A stretch of DNA of 64,000 bases, taken from positions 58,304 through 122,303 of IMG/VR virus record IMGVR_UViG_3300032050_000028; one strand, given 5' to 3'. The translations under genes and the position numbers were made by a program. The stretch's first letter is position 1. The number at the start of each line of letters is the position of its first letter. The DNA is from a virus. Lineage: Duplodnaviria > Caudoviricetes. Positions 9,575-20,368 of the stretch are shown one piece after another. A model generated the notes under the pieces. The model was not told the origin of the DNA, ran no database searches, and worked only from the letters and a program-made list of their open reading frames with translations.

Positions 9575-10114
9575 GTGATAGATTTAACTAATCCTAAATT
9601 AGCTTTTATACTCCTTTCGTCTGAAAGATTAGATGATATGGTTTCGATATTGTATGCAAAAAATTATCAAATACTTCCAATAAAAGGTTATTATCAGGGT
9701 CAGTATGAAGATTCAGTTATGGCTTTTTCTAACATCGATAATGATGAGTTAAGAAAAGACTTGATTTTTTTATTAAATCATTTTCATCAAGATTGTGGAA
9801 TAATTAAATATACCGGAGAAAATTTAGCAAAAAAATTGTTTAAAGACGGATCTGAGAAGCCTTTAGGTATTACACTTTATAACACGGACGCTGATAACAT
9901 GTCCTATCTATATAATGGAGTAAGTTTTTCTTTTGTTGAACAAGTAAGATATTGGAAACCAAATAAATTAGAAGATTTTAAAGTCGGAATGATAGTTGAG
10001 TATTTAAATAATAATAAATGGTATCAGAAAAAAGTTGAAAATCCTGAGATTGAGTGGAAAGATATGTTTATGTTGTTATCTAAATATGACAAATTAAGAG
10101 TAGCTTCTAAATAA
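9575..10114 (+). CDS. hypothetical protein
   Basis: 179 aa, GTG start 4 nt after AATATATA. Confidence 0.7.
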   Translation: MIDLTNPKLAFILLSSERLDDMVSILYAKNYQILPIKGYYQGQYEDSVMAFSNIDNDELRKDLIFLLNHFHQDCGIIKYTGENLAKKLFKDGSEKPLGITLYNTDADNMSYLYNGVSFSFVEQVRYWKPNKLEDFKVGMIVEYLNNNKWYQKKVENPEIEWKDMFMLLSKYDKLRVASK

Positions 10115-10853
10115 TTCTAAACCAACAATATTGTTTATGCCAGTTTGGAGTTTGATTAAAGAAGTAGTTTCCAGTTAGTGAATTATCGATAAATAGTAAT
10201 CCTGGTTGGTCTATATTATTTCCTCTACAAACAATTACTTTATCATCATCAACCAATTTACTATAATAAGTAGTTAAGTTATTTCCGTTATTATCCTTAT
10301 CAAACTGAGACATATATGGTAAGAGGTTTTTTCCATATATTACTGATGTTCCTGATCCAATTCTACCATCCATCGCAATTATATTAGAACACATTAGTAT
10401 CTTTGAGATTATCTTTCTATAATCTACATCAAAATCATCTTGTAAAGTGATATCTAATGATGAGTATGGTCCATTTGCTTTAGATTTTGGACTTTGTGTA
10501 TTTTTATTTAAGAAATCAATCACTTCATTCCAACTCTTTTCATAACTCTCAAATCTTTGAGCAGTCATATTAATTTGCATTATTTTCGGACCGATAACGC
10601 CCATTGTGGATGTCGAGTTATATTGGTTAGAGACATCAACTACTTGATTTTCTCTAAATATGTTTAACTCTTCGACTTTATCATCTAATATAGCCTCAAC
10701 AACCAATTCTCTATTTTGTTGTTTAACTTTTCTCTGATACTCTTCGTCATCTGAAGAAATCATATCAACATACATTAATTGAGCATTAGGCAATTTCATT
10801 TGCTTATCTGAATAGTTACAGATAGTTTTTAATTGTTCTTTAAAATGTGTCAT
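10107..10853 (-). CDS. protein containing a degenerate gp23-like capsid C-terminal region
   Basis: YRKIISKILMCSNIIAMDGRIGSGTSVIYGKNL vs recalled gp23 FKALLFQIDKEAVEIARQTGRGEGNFIIASRNV; DKVIVCRGNNIDQPGLLF vs DYFTVGYKGPNEMDAGIYY. Confidence 0.5.
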   Translation of the reverse strand: MTHFKEQLKTICNYSDKQMKLPNAQLMYVDMISSDDEEYQRKVKQQNRELVVEAILDDKVEELNIFRENQVVDVSNQYNSTSTMGVIGPKIMQINMTAQRFESYEKSWNEVIDFLNKNTQSPKSKANGPYSSLDITLQDDFDVDYRKIISKILMCSNIIAMDGRIGSGTSVIYGKNLLPYMSQFDKDNNGNNLTTYYSKLVDDDKVIVCRGNNIDQPGLLFIDNSLTGNYFFNQTPNWHKQYCWFRII

Positions 10854-11601
10854 ATTTGTTTTTTAAACCATTACGAGCAATATCTTTATAAAGTTGTTTT
10901 GAGAATTCTTCTTTAGTCATATTCAGATACGTGTTGTGAAGTTGTAAATTTTTTTGATATAGATTCATATCTGGTTGAGGTCTTGAATGAAAGAGATGAT
11001 AACATTTTGCTTCCATTTGTTTCCAATTTAAAAAATGTTGAACTTTGATAGATACAAAGTCATCTTCTCCTCCCCATCCGATAAAATTTTCATTCCATCC
11101 GCCGATTTTATTTATTGCGTCTTTTCTGAACATACAAATTCCTCCACAAATTGGAACTTTTTGGTGGTCGGTTTCTCCTCTACCTGGTCTATTAATCTTT
11201 ATTACATCTTCAAACTGCATTGCTGACTCTTGGGGTTCTAGATCAATTACTGAATTATAAGGATTCACCATTTCAAATTGTTCTAAATGTTTAAGAGATT
11301 CAATAAAATGATTAGGATCCATCAGTAGGTCTGAATCAGCAAAAACAATTATATTTGATTTTGCTATCTTGGTGGCGTAATTAAATGCCCACGATTTGTT
11401 ATACGGTTTATTTGATTTTAAGAAAACGTGCTTACATCTAAGACCCATATGTGATATCTTAGAATGTGTATCTTGTTCAATTAATAAAACTTCTACACCC
11501 ATAAATCCGTTTATCCAATCTAAAACTCTTCTGAGGTTGTTTAATCTATCTATTTGGTGTCTATATCCAATAACGTATGTGAAAGAATGAGTTTGGTTCA
11601 T
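10840..11601 (-). CDS. GT-A glycosyltransferase (GT2/GT7 galactosyltransferase-like)
   Basis: FADSD (DxD), GGWNENFIGWGGEDDF, HLFH. Confidence 0.85.
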   Translation of the reverse strand: MNQTHSFTYVIGYRHQIDRLNNLRRVLDWINGFMGVEVLLIEQDTHSKISHMGLRCKHVFLKSNKPYNKSWAFNYATKIAKSNIIVFADSDLLMDPNHFIESLKHLEQFEMVNPYNSVIDLEPQESAMQFEDVIKINRPGRGETDHQKVPICGGICMFRKDAINKIGGWNENFIGWGGEDDFVSIKVQHFLNWKQMEAKCYHLFHSRPQPDMNLYQKNLQLHNTYLNMTKEEFSKQLYKDIARNGLKNKYDTF

Positions 11602-11646
11602 TTAAAATAATTATTTTTTATTTATATCATAATGATATATTTTTGT

Positions 11647-12270
11647 TTAAAACTTATATCTTATTACTTCAAATGCTTCGGCTAAATTTACTCCATTTTG
11701 AATTCCTCTTACTAATGCAAGAGATTTTATAAATTCTGAGCTCATGTATTTTCTTTTTGATTGTGATTTATAGAAACTTAAGCTATTTATTTTATCATTT
11801 ATGTTTTTTTCGGATAACGAGAAATACATTTGATTTTTGAATCCGGTGTTGTTCCATATTAGTTCATAACTAAGTATTGAGCAATTATTTTTAAAACATC
11901 TTATAGACTCCTCTGATATGGTTTTGTGATCTTGATGATGGTCATCAATTGATGGTGTAAAAACTAATTCTGGTGATATATTTTTTTTGATTACTACTAA
12001 ATCTTCTAAAATACTTTGTCTTTCGTAGTTGAAGTACCTGACTTTATAGTCAAAAAATAAAATATTATTTTCCAAAACTCCCAAACTTATTAGTGAGTTT
12101 TTACATTCTTCCTTTAGTGTTCCTTTTATAAAATTTTTTGGTAGTGAGTCATCACAATGTGAAAATATCGCAACAAAAATATTATTACCTTGTTCTAACA
12201 ACTTTGATATTGTTCCTCCACATCCTAATTCCGCATCATCTGTGTGTGGGGATAGTATTAAAACATTCAT
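11647..12270 (-). CDS. PIG-L family N-acetylsugar deacetylase
   Basis: SPHTDDAELGCGGTI, HQDH, AEAF. Confidence 0.9.
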   Translation of the reverse strand: MNVLILSPHTDDAELGCGGTISKLLEQGNNIFVAIFSHCDDSLPKNFIKGTLKEECKNSLISLGVLENNILFFDYKVRYFNYERQSILEDLVVIKKNISPELVFTPSIDDHHQDHKTISEESIRCFKNNCSILSYELIWNNTGFKNQMYFSLSEKNINDKINSLSFYKSQSKRKYMSSEFIKSLALVRGIQNGVNLAEAFEVIRYKF

Positions 12271-13169
12271 ATATCTTTTAATTTTTTTGAAGGAATACCA
12301 ATGTGTAATTCATTATTAGGTATATTTTTTATAACAACTGTGCCTATACCGGTCATGCTATTACTACCAACTGATGATTTATTTATTATCGAAGTTGATG
12401 GAGCGATCCAGGTATTTTCGCCAATTGTAACACTTCCCGCTATCATTGAGTTTGCTATTATTAGAGAGTTCTCGCCTATATCAACACCGTGTGCTATATG
12501 AACTAGATTATCAATTTTACAGTTTTTTCTTAACATAGTAGATCCTAAAACTGCTCTGTCGATGCAATTGTTATTTCCTATTTCTACATTGTCTTCAATG
12601 ACAACATTTCCTATATGTGGAATTAATTCATACTCACCAAGTTCGTTTTTTTCATAACCAAACCCAACACCACCTATTGTATTATTATTACCTATTATTA
12701 CATTATTACCAATTATTGTGCTTTTTAATATGACATTATTGTTACCTATATAAGTATTGTTACCAATTATTACACCGTCTTCTAACACTGTGTTTCTACC
12801 AATATTAACATTCTTTCCTATTTTATTATCAGTGTTATTAATTGAATGAATTTTATGATTCTGTTTTTCCACAAAAAAATTCTTTAATATTTCCGAAAAT
12901 ACTAATCTTGGATTTTCAACTAAAATAATTGATAGATTTGGATTTGTTGGAATTTCAGAATCTAAAGAACATATTACCGTTCCGGTTGATATTTCAAAAA
13001 TTCTATTTTTATTTTTTTCATTAAGCCACATCAGACTCTCTTCGTCAGAGTTTTCTAATTTATTTATTACTTTACTTATTGATAATATTCTTTCTGTATT
13101 TATCTTTTTAACATTATTGAATTTACTTTCTATGAATTCAACAATTTTTAATAATTGTATTTTATCCAT
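12267..13169 (-). CDS. LpxD-like hexapeptide-repeat acyltransferase
   Basis: left-handed beta-helix repeats, GGVGFGY, IDRA, KIDNLVHIAH. Confidence 0.85.
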   Translation of the reverse strand: MDKIQLLKIVEFIESKFNNVKKINTERILSISKVINKLENSDEESLMWLNEKNKNRIFEISTGTVICSLDSEIPTNPNLSIILVENPRLVFSEILKNFFVEKQNHKIHSINNTDNKIGKNVNIGRNTVLEDGVIIGNNTYIGNNNVILKSTIIGNNVIIGNNNTIGGVGFGYEKNELGEYELIPHIGNVVIEDNVEIGNNNCIDRAVLGSTMLRKNCKIDNLVHIAHGVDIGENSLIIANSMIAGSVTIGENTWIAPSTSIINKSSVGSNSMTGIGTVVIKNIPNNELHIGIPSKKLKDI

Positions 13170-13698
13170 AGACTATTATAATTTGATTTTTTATTATTTT
13201 GCTATATTCAATCGAATATCCCAATTTGTTTAATTCTGAAATATAATCATGAGCAAAACAATGTTCAGCAAGATTTTTGTTCTCATCATGATAGGATATG
13301 AGTAAAACTTTTTTACAAACTCTGTGCATCTCGGTTAATATTCTAATCATTTCTTTTTGAGGAGCATGTAACAAAACTTTAACTGTTATACCAATGTCAA
13401 AGTGATTATCCTCAAAAGGTAAATCATTTTTATGTATATCATATATTAGATGTTCAAAATCTATTTCATGTTTTGATGCTTCTTCAATTGCTCTTTGTCG
13501 ATAAAGCTCGCTAAAATCAACACCAGTTACTTTCTTATCTGCATAAAATTTGAATGTTCTTCCTATACCACATCCTATATCTAATATAGAATTGCAGTCC
13601 TCTATAAGTTTTGGTATTTCTGAATCTTCTATATAGTTTGTGTAATTACTTTTGTTAGGATCTTGTCTTTTGTTCCAGTATTCTTTTGAATTATACAT
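13162..13698 (-). CDS. class I SAM-dependent methyltransferase
   Basis: ILDIGCGIGR, GVDFS, LPFEDNHFD. Confidence 0.85.
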   Translation of the reverse strand: MYNSKEYWNKRQDPNKSNYTNYIEDSEIPKLIEDCNSILDIGCGIGRTFKFYADKKVTGVDFSELYRQRAIEEASKHEIDFEHLIYDIHKNDLPFEDNHFDIGITVKVLLHAPQKEMIRILTEMHRVCKKVLLISYHDENKNLAEHCFAHDYISELNKLGYSIEYSKIIKNQIIIVYG

Positions 13699-13713
13699 AT
13701 TATTATTTCTTTT

Positions 13714-16700
13714 TTATATTTCTTTTTGTAATTTTAGTAATTCGTAAAAATTACAAATTTTATCATTCACAATTTTACTATCCACTAAATGACCAATATT
13801 ATTCATTTTTGTTATGTTAGTTGTGCTCCTTATGGTAAATACTATTCCATTCTTATCCGAGCACTCAATTACCTTTGAATTTAATGTTATATTTTGTATC
13901 TGTTTTGAAAATGCATGGTCTAAAGATTTATTAATTTCTACTTTACCCCAGGGTTGCCAATTTATTTTTTCTAAAAAATCCTTTCTATAGAATCTTCCAC
14001 CGCCAATTGGTTCTCCAACTCTTTCATTTTCATATCCTTTCCAGTATCTTAATTCGGACTTTTCGTTAAGAAGATAAAAATCTTTAAAACCGATGTATTC
14101 GTAATCGTTTAATAGATTTTTATAAGTCAATAAAGTTTCTTTAGATAAAAAATCATCAGATCCAATCAATATAACACCATCGGGATTAAATTCTTTTGAT
14201 TTGATAAAAATTTCATTATGTTTTTTTGAAAGTGGAAAATTTGAAAATTCAACATAATAAAATCCATTATTTTCAGCTATTTTTTTTGAGACTTCTCCTT
14301 CAGAACCACATGCTATAAGGGTTAGGTTGATTTCATTTTTTAGTTCTGATTTTAATTTATTATAATATGAAAATACAAAGTCAGTAAGTCTGTGTCTTTG
14401 CCACATAGTAGTCACAATGCAAATTTTTGGTAAGTTTCTTCTATTAAAAACTTCATCTATTTTTTTATTATTTTTATTTACTACAAAAAGGCTGTTATCT
14501 ATATTTATATCATCATGTTTAATCCATCCCTCTTTGTGATTAAGTACTTTGCATTTTTTATTTTGATTTTTAATTATAATTCCTAAAAAAACATCCGCCA
14601 TGTTTGCATATTCAAAATCTTTGAATTTTAGTTTTAAATATTCGGTCCAAAAACTCATCACTCCTGTTCCCGGAAATTCTATATCTTTGTTTTCATCTAC
14701 ATTCTTTAAACATCTGTAATTTTCAGATATTTGTTTGTAATATGAAGTTGCTTTTTTACTATAATTTTTACCGTGGTAGCTGACAACTGATTCATTGTTT
14801 AATTTTTTTAATTCTTCTATAGTATTTTCGACATAATTTGAAGGATATATCAAATCATCATCAATTGAGAAATAATATGAGTCTTTGATATTTTCTATGT
14901 TATAGAATTTTCCAGCGTCACCCATGTCTATTCCGGTGTGTATAGAGCTAAAAATTTTTATTTTAGTGTCAATTAGAAAATCAAAAACTTTATAGTATCC
15001 ATTCTGATAGACAAATAACTCGTCTACTTGATCAATTATTGAATTGATTGTTTTTTTTAATGAGTCTTTTCTATCATATATTGTTGCAATTCCACACACT
15101 ATTTTTTTAGGTCTGTAATTATTTCTTATCTTCTCGACTATTTTAGATTTGGCTAACTTTTCGTCATTTGTGAGTGATAATGTTCCCTTTTGTCCGGAAT
15201 GTCTTCTGTAATTATATACAAATTTATCTAAATAACCAATTTTTTTACCTCTGCTAAGTAGTTTAAAATAAAAATCATATTCTTCTGCATAAATTAAATT
15301 ATCGTTTAATCCGTTGGTGTCTAAAAAGTCTTCTTTGTTGAAGATTATTGTACCTCCATGAATATGGTTTTTAACTAATAAATCATCAATTTTTATTGAT
15401 TTAACTTCTGGTATGTAAGTTTTTACTTGATTCTCATGAACCTCGTAACAATTAGCATGAATTAGGCTAAATTTATCTGATTTTATTTCATCATATAAAT
15501 TTTGAATTGTATCTTCTAATAGAAAGTCATCATAAGCTAAAATTTTAATATACTTGCCCTTTGATTCTTTTACTCCGTGATTAAAATTAAATGAGCAAGA
15601 TGAGTTTTTGACTGGTTTTTGTGCCAATGTGAATCTTATATTATATTCCGACTCTACATAAGACAATTCAGAACAAGAGTCTGAGGTCAATAATATTTCT
15701 AAATTGCCATTAAATTTTTGATTCTTTGCAGACAATATGCATTTTTTCAAATATTCACTAGGTTTATGTGCTAAAATTAGTATAGTAACATCTATTTCTG
15801 ATTCAAACTCTTTTAGTTTTTTATACCTATTGTCGTAATTTCTATTCTGAAGATTTCCATGATATAAATGGTCCAAACAAACATCTAAAAAAGATACTTT
15901 TGTTTTTTTATGAGAATTTATCCACCTCTGTGCTTCTTTTCCAATATTATTGTTATATTCTTTTACTTTTTGTAAAGTAAATCCATTATCTATATGGAAG
16001 AGCCCATATACAAAAATAGTATCTCCACCACCAACGTACATTTTCTCAAAAAGTTTATTTTCTTTGAGTATAGATGTTTTACCAAGCCAAGAACCACCTG
16101 GTTTATATCCCTTTCCTAAAAGTTGGTCTATGTTAGTTGAGCCAGTTGAAATAATTGATTTATGAGACTCCAAAATATTACCAGTTTCATCTAAATAATT
16201 GATTGTTTCAAATAATTGAACAAAGTCGTTATCTTTTGCAACTTCGTCTATGTTATTTAACCAATCTAAATTTTCATAAATTAAGTCGCCGTCTATCCAA
16301 ATAAAATAATCAGTATCAACTGTTTCGATTATTTTATTAATTAGTATTTCTTTAGACCAAATTTTATTTTCTTCATCACCTTTGATTGTCATTGTCTTAC
16401 AAGGAATTTCAAAGTCTATATCTCCATAATCCACAATTCCAACAATCATATTTTCATAGTAATCTTTCCATTGTTCTAAAAACTTTATAAAATTATTCTT
16501 TTGTCTAAGGTCTCCCCTATAATTAAAATAATAAGAACAAATAGTGAATGTTGATTTTTTATTAAATATTACTGAGAAATCATCATCGGTTAAAAATCTA
16601 GCAGTTTTTCTACCTGACCAATTTGTATAAGCTTCTCCTAAATGTATTATTTTATTTTCTATACTTCTTCTACTTGTGAATTTATCTCTAAAAACTAAAT

Positions 16701-17739
16701 CTGACATTGATGCGTCTTTGAAATTTTCTGGATAAAAATTACCATTCAATATTTGGTTATTTGAGTTAAAAAGTTGAAAGAATCCAAAGCCTCTGTCATT
16801 TTCCCATTTGTTTAAATCATTAGTGTCTTTTGATTTTTCCCAATTCTGAAATCTGTGATATGTTTCACATATCCATCTACCAGATGTGTAAAGAGATTCA
16901 TCATCTAATTGATTCAATTCTATTTTTTCGGTTACTATAATGTCAGCATCTAATATTAATATTAGATCTTTATTTTCAATTTGACTTAATCCATAGTTTA
17001 TAGCTTTTCCTTTATTGAATTTAGAGTCGCTATCATACATAACATCTGTTATTAAACAATTAACTCTAAACTTTTCACATATTTTTTGACACATTAAATC
17101 ATCTGTAGATGTGACTACTGTTATGTTATCAAATATCTTTTTGTTATATGGTAAAGATGTGAGTAAAAAATCATTATAGTTTACAGAAACTATTAAAACA
17201 TCAAGTTTCTTTTCCCTACTTGAATTTAATAAAATTGATTTATTAGAAGGAACTGACTTTCTTCTAATTACTTGGATTTGTTCTTTATTTGTATGCGATT
17301 CAGTATTTGGCCATGATTTAATCCTTTCTATATCAACTGAAAAGCTTTTTAAATTTACAAATATCGAATCTAAGTCATTTGATTGGTGTAGTGGTAAATT
17401 TCTATGAAAAACATAAAAACAATCGGGTTTATGATAACATTCAATTTTAGAAATATTATTAAGTGAAGACAAATCTTTCCACTTTACAAATGGATTTGAG
17501 AAAATAAAAATATCATTAGAAATTGCATTACTTTTTGCAATATTTATACAATTAAATGTTGGTTGAATAGTACGTGACTTGAATACTCTAATTTTAGGAT
17601 GACCTGAAAAATCTCTTAAATGAAAATCAGAAAAAATAAAAATTCTTTCAAATATAGATAAGTTATATTTTAAACATTCATTGAATTCGTTAGTATAAAT
17701 TGAAAAATCCGAATTGGATATTTTTAAAATCAATATCAT
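13714..17739 (-). CDS. large multi-domain glycosyltransferase (about 5 GT-A modules)
   Basis: repeated GT2-type starts and DxD motifs (LDAD, IDGD, AYDD, IDDD, GSDD); start moved from 17808 to ATG 17739, 4 nt after TATATATA. Confidence 0.8.
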   Translation of the reverse strand: MILILKISNSDFSIYTNEFNECLKYNLSIFERIFIFSDFHLRDFSGHPKIRVFKSRTIQPTFNCINIAKSNAISNDIFIFSNPFVKWKDLSSLNNISKIECYHKPDCFYVFHRNLPLHQSNDLDSIFVNLKSFSVDIERIKSWPNTESHTNKEQIQVIRRKSVPSNKSILLNSSREKKLDVLIVSVNYNDFLLTSLPYNKKIFDNITVVTSTDDLMCQKICEKFRVNCLITDVMYDSDSKFNKGKAINYGLSQIENKDLILILDADIIVTEKIELNQLDDESLYTSGRWICETYHRFQNWEKSKDTNDLNKWENDRGFGFFQLFNSNNQILNGNFYPENFKDASMSDLVFRDKFTSRRSIENKIIHLGEAYTNWSGRKTARFLTDDDFSVIFNKKSTFTICSYYFNYRGDLRQKNNFIKFLEQWKDYYENMIVGIVDYGDIDFEIPCKTMTIKGDEENKIWSKEILINKIIETVDTDYFIWIDGDLIYENLDWLNNIDEVAKDNDFVQLFETINYLDETGNILESHKSIISTGSTNIDQLLGKGYKPGGSWLGKTSILKENKLFEKMYVGGGDTIFVYGLFHIDNGFTLQKVKEYNNNIGKEAQRWINSHKKTKVSFLDVCLDHLYHGNLQNRNYDNRYKKLKEFESEIDVTILILAHKPSEYLKKCILSAKNQKFNGNLEILLTSDSCSELSYVESEYNIRFTLAQKPVKNSSCSFNFNHGVKESKGKYIKILAYDDFLLEDTIQNLYDEIKSDKFSLIHANCYEVHENQVKTYIPEVKSIKIDDLLVKNHIHGGTIIFNKEDFLDTNGLNDNLIYAEEYDFYFKLLSRGKKIGYLDKFVYNYRRHSGQKGTLSLTNDEKLAKSKIVEKIRNNYRPKKIVCGIATIYDRKDSLKKTINSIIDQVDELFVYQNGYYKVFDFLIDTKIKIFSSIHTGIDMGDAGKFYNIENIKDSYYFSIDDDLIYPSNYVENTIEELKKLNNESVVSYHGKNYSKKATSYYKQISENYRCLKNVDENKDIEFPGTGVMSFWTEYLKLKFKDFEYANMADVFLGIIIKNQNKKCKVLNHKEGWIKHDDINIDNSLFVVNKNNKKIDEVFNRRNLPKICIVTTMWQRHRLTDFVFSYYNKLKSELKNEINLTLIACGSEGEVSKKIAENNGFYYVEFSNFPLSKKHNEIFIKSKEFNPDGVILIGSDDFLSKETLLTYKNLLNDYEYIGFKDFYLLNEKSELRYWKGYENERVGEPIGGGRFYRKDFLEKINWQPWGKVEINKSLDHAFSKQIQNITLNSKVIECSDKNGIVFTIRSTTNITKMNNIGHLVDSKIVNDKICNFYELLKLQKEI

Positions 17740-17768
17740 ATAGTATATATAAACAAAATCAGGGCTAA

Positions 17769-18167
17769 ATGAAAAAAATTGGTAGATTAGAGAAAGTTTT
17801 TTTTCCAAAATTATTAGAAGGTTTTTTAACAGCTAAGATAGATACTGGTGCTTTTAATGCTTCTTTACATGTAGATTCAATTAAAGAATTAGAAAATCAG
17901 TTAGAAGTAAAAATTGGAAATAATACTTATCATTTTTGTAATTGGTCCGAGATAGAAGTTAAGAGCTCCAATGGTGAAAAACAAAAAAGATACGCAATTA
18001 AAACTAAAATTATAATTGGTCAAAAAAAATATAGTATATTTGTTTCTTTATCTAATAGAAAAGAAATGAAATACCCACTTCTGATAGGAAGAAGATTTCT
18101 TCACGTCAATGATTTTGTGGTCGATGTTAAAAAGAAGAATCATCATGGTCGACCTAAAAAAGTTTAA
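17769..18167 (+). CDS. retropepsin-like (RimK-associated) protease
   Basis: AKIDTGA...S and LLIGRRFL motifs. Confidence 0.8.
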   Translation: MKKIGRLEKVFFPKLLEGFLTAKIDTGAFNASLHVDSIKELENQLEVKIGNNTYHFCNWSEIEVKSSNGEKQKRYAIKTKIIIGQKKYSIFVSLSNRKEMKYPLLIGRRFLHVNDFVVDVKKKNHHGRPKKV

Positions 18168-18678
18168 TTATTTCACTGGTGATATAAGTGAAGTTGGTTC
18201 TGGTGTTAGTCAGATAGTTAATTTTTTTGATTTAGCCGGAAGAAATTATTTACTTTTTACACCTAATAAACCTAGTTCATCTTCTAAATATCATGACCTT
18301 TGTCTTTATCACTATTTAAACAATAAAATTGAATTTTCAAAATTTGAAGACTTTTCAGAAAAAATAAATGATAAGTCAAATTTATTTAGAGTTGATTTAT
18401 TGGTGTTTGATTTTTGGTCAATTACAAAAAATAATATGTGGCAATATATTTCTGAAATACAAAAATTCGAAATTGACTCGATAATTGTAGCAAAAGAATT
18501 TCATTACAAAACCAGTGATGATGTTAATGATTTTTGTATTAGAAAAGAGTATAAAGATTTACACAAAGTAGATACTTGGATAACTGATAAAATAGATAAT
18601 GTTACTTCAACACTAGAATCACTGAAATTAGCTTACATAAGAGATAAGAAATTAGAGCATTTGTTTGGAAATGACTGA
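18145..18678 (+). CDS. hypothetical protein with C-terminal R-x-x-K-L tag
   Basis: likely start ATG 18145; ends IRDKKLEHLFGND. Confidence 0.7.
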   Translation: MVDLKKFNYFTGDISEVGSGVSQIVNFFDLAGRNYLLFTPNKPSSSSKYHDLCLYHYLNNKIEFSKFEDFSEKINDKSNLFRVDLLVFDFWSITKNNMWQYISEIQKFEIDSIIVAKEFHYKTSDDVNDFCIRKEYKDLHKVDTWITDKIDNVTSTLESLKLAYIRDKKLEHLFGND

Positions 18679-18712
18679 AATAATTGTTAAATTTACATAA
18701 ATATATAAAAAA

Positions 18713-19777
18713 ATGAAAATAAAAAAGAAGTTTTTACAACTAACTGGAAAAACTTATCCACACGGGACTGAAAATGAATTAAAATCACATTTACCAAAAG
18801 ATTATAAAGAGGATGGATGTGGTAATTTCTATATTGAAATAGGTAGTAATCCTACTACTATGTTTACTTGTCACCTTGATACTGCTGATAGGTCTCAAAA
18901 GAAAGTAAAACACATTTTTGACGGAAATATTATTAAAACAGACGGTGATTCAATATTAGGAGCTGATGATAAAGCAGGTATGACTATAATACTCTATATG
19001 ATAGAGAATAATGTGCCTGGTTTATACTACTTCTTTATTGGTGAAGAAAGAGGATGTGTTGGTTCATCGAGGTTATCAAAGAAATGGAAAGAAACAGAGT
19101 TTTCAAAATACATCACTAAATGTGTTTCATTTGATAGAAGAGGTACTGACTCAGTTATAACAGAGCAATTTTATGGAGTATGTTGTTCTGATACTTTTGC
19201 AAAAGAACTTTCAAAAAAACTGAATTCAGTTGAACAAACTTTCAAATATATGCCCGATCCAACAGGTATTTATACAGACTCTGCTCAATTTACTGGACTT
19301 ATTCCTGAATGTACTAATATATCAGTTGGTTATTATTCTGAACACACACACAGTGAAAGACAAGATATACAACATTTAGAAAAGTTATGTAAAGCTGTTG
19401 TTAAAATTGACTGGGAAGATTTACCAATTGTAAGAGAGGCTTCTTTATACTCATATGAGGATGATTGGGATTTTGATGAAACCGACGATAATCTTATTTT
19501 TCAAAGTTATAATTTTACTTGGGTCAATTATGAAGGAAAAACATCTAAAATGATGATATCTGATGAGCAAATTGAAGTTGAAAAGGAAACTATTTCTACA
19601 TATTTAAAAACATCAGGGATGCATTCGGATTATATTGATTTGACATGGGATGGTCAAAATTTACACGGGGCTACCTTCTCAGGTTCTTATGAATACATTG
19701 CTAATAGAAATGAATTAATGGATTTAATTGAAGACCTCAAACAAATTCCAGCAAATCATTTAAAAAGTTTCATCTAA
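18713..19777 (+). CDS. M20/M28-family zinc peptidase-like protein
   Basis: CHLDT, LGADDKAG, GEERG, SFDRRG, YTDS, EHT. Confidence 0.8.
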   Translation: MKIKKKFLQLTGKTYPHGTENELKSHLPKDYKEDGCGNFYIEIGSNPTTMFTCHLDTADRSQKKVKHIFDGNIIKTDGDSILGADDKAGMTIILYMIENNVPGLYYFFIGEERGCVGSSRLSKKWKETEFSKYITKCVSFDRRGTDSVITEQFYGVCCSDTFAKELSKKLNSVEQTFKYMPDPTGIYTDSAQFTGLIPECTNISVGYYSEHTHSERQDIQHLEKLCKAVVKIDWEDLPIVREASLYSYEDDWDFDETDDNLIFQSYNFTWVNYEGKTSKMMISDEQIEVEKETISTYLKTSGMHSDYIDLTWDGQNLHGATFSGSYEYIANRNELMDLIEDLKQIPANHLKSFI

Positions 19778-19929
19778 CCATTTTTTATGATATTCTGATA
19801 TTCGGGTTGGTTTGTAATAAACAACATTTGTCCAGTCGTTAATTCTTTTGCATTCCAACCTCTTTCTTTACAAAAAATGGTTATAAATTTTTCTAATTTA
19901 CTTGTTTTATTGTTTGTAACTTTTTTCAT
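19774..19929 (-). CDS. small hypothetical protein (51 aa)
   Basis: read by hand: MKKVTNNKTSKLEKFITIFCKERGWNAKELTTGQMLFITNQPEYQNIIKNG; fills the gap exactly. Confidence 0.6.
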   Translation of the reverse strand: MKKVTNNKTSKLEKFITIFCKERGWNAKELTTGQMLFITNQPEYQNIIKNG

Positions 19930-19936
19930 ATTGTAA

Positions 19937-20368
19937 TTAATTTAATAAAAATAGATAGATAAATACTTGAGCTAAAAAACCAACCGACATTAATATTGTT
20001 CTTTTTGAGTAAGTAATTAGTCCTGTAAATCTTGGTGGTGTTTTTGACTCATCTTTCCATCCTTTTGTATAAAGGTCTTTTTGTAGTTTATTTCTTGTAT
20101 AATAGTGAGCTCCGTTGTGAAAGAAACTAAACATCAAAACCATACATAATACCGAAAGAAGCGAGTACCAACCTATAGTATGAACCATAAATTTACTTGA
20201 AATTAAGAGTACTAAAATTCTTTGTATATGAAAAATCGGATTTACATCAAAATCACAAACTTTCTTTGATTGATTTTCATAGTGCCAATAAAAACCTTCC
20301 CTTATTCCTTCTGTAATAGAATAAATAACCCAAAGAATATTCATTACAATAAGTGTAGTTAGTATCAT
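19937..20368 (-). CDS. membrane protein
   Basis: 3-4 hydrophobic segments; start moved to ATG 20368 behind AATATATA. Confidence 0.7.
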   Translation of the reverse strand: MILTTLIVMNILWVIYSITEGIREGFYWHYENQSKKVCDFDVNPIFHIQRILVLLISSKFMVHTIGWYSLLSVLCMVLMFSFFHNGAHYYTRNKLQKDLYTKGWKDESKTPPRFTGLITYSKRTILMSVGFLAQVFIYLFLLN

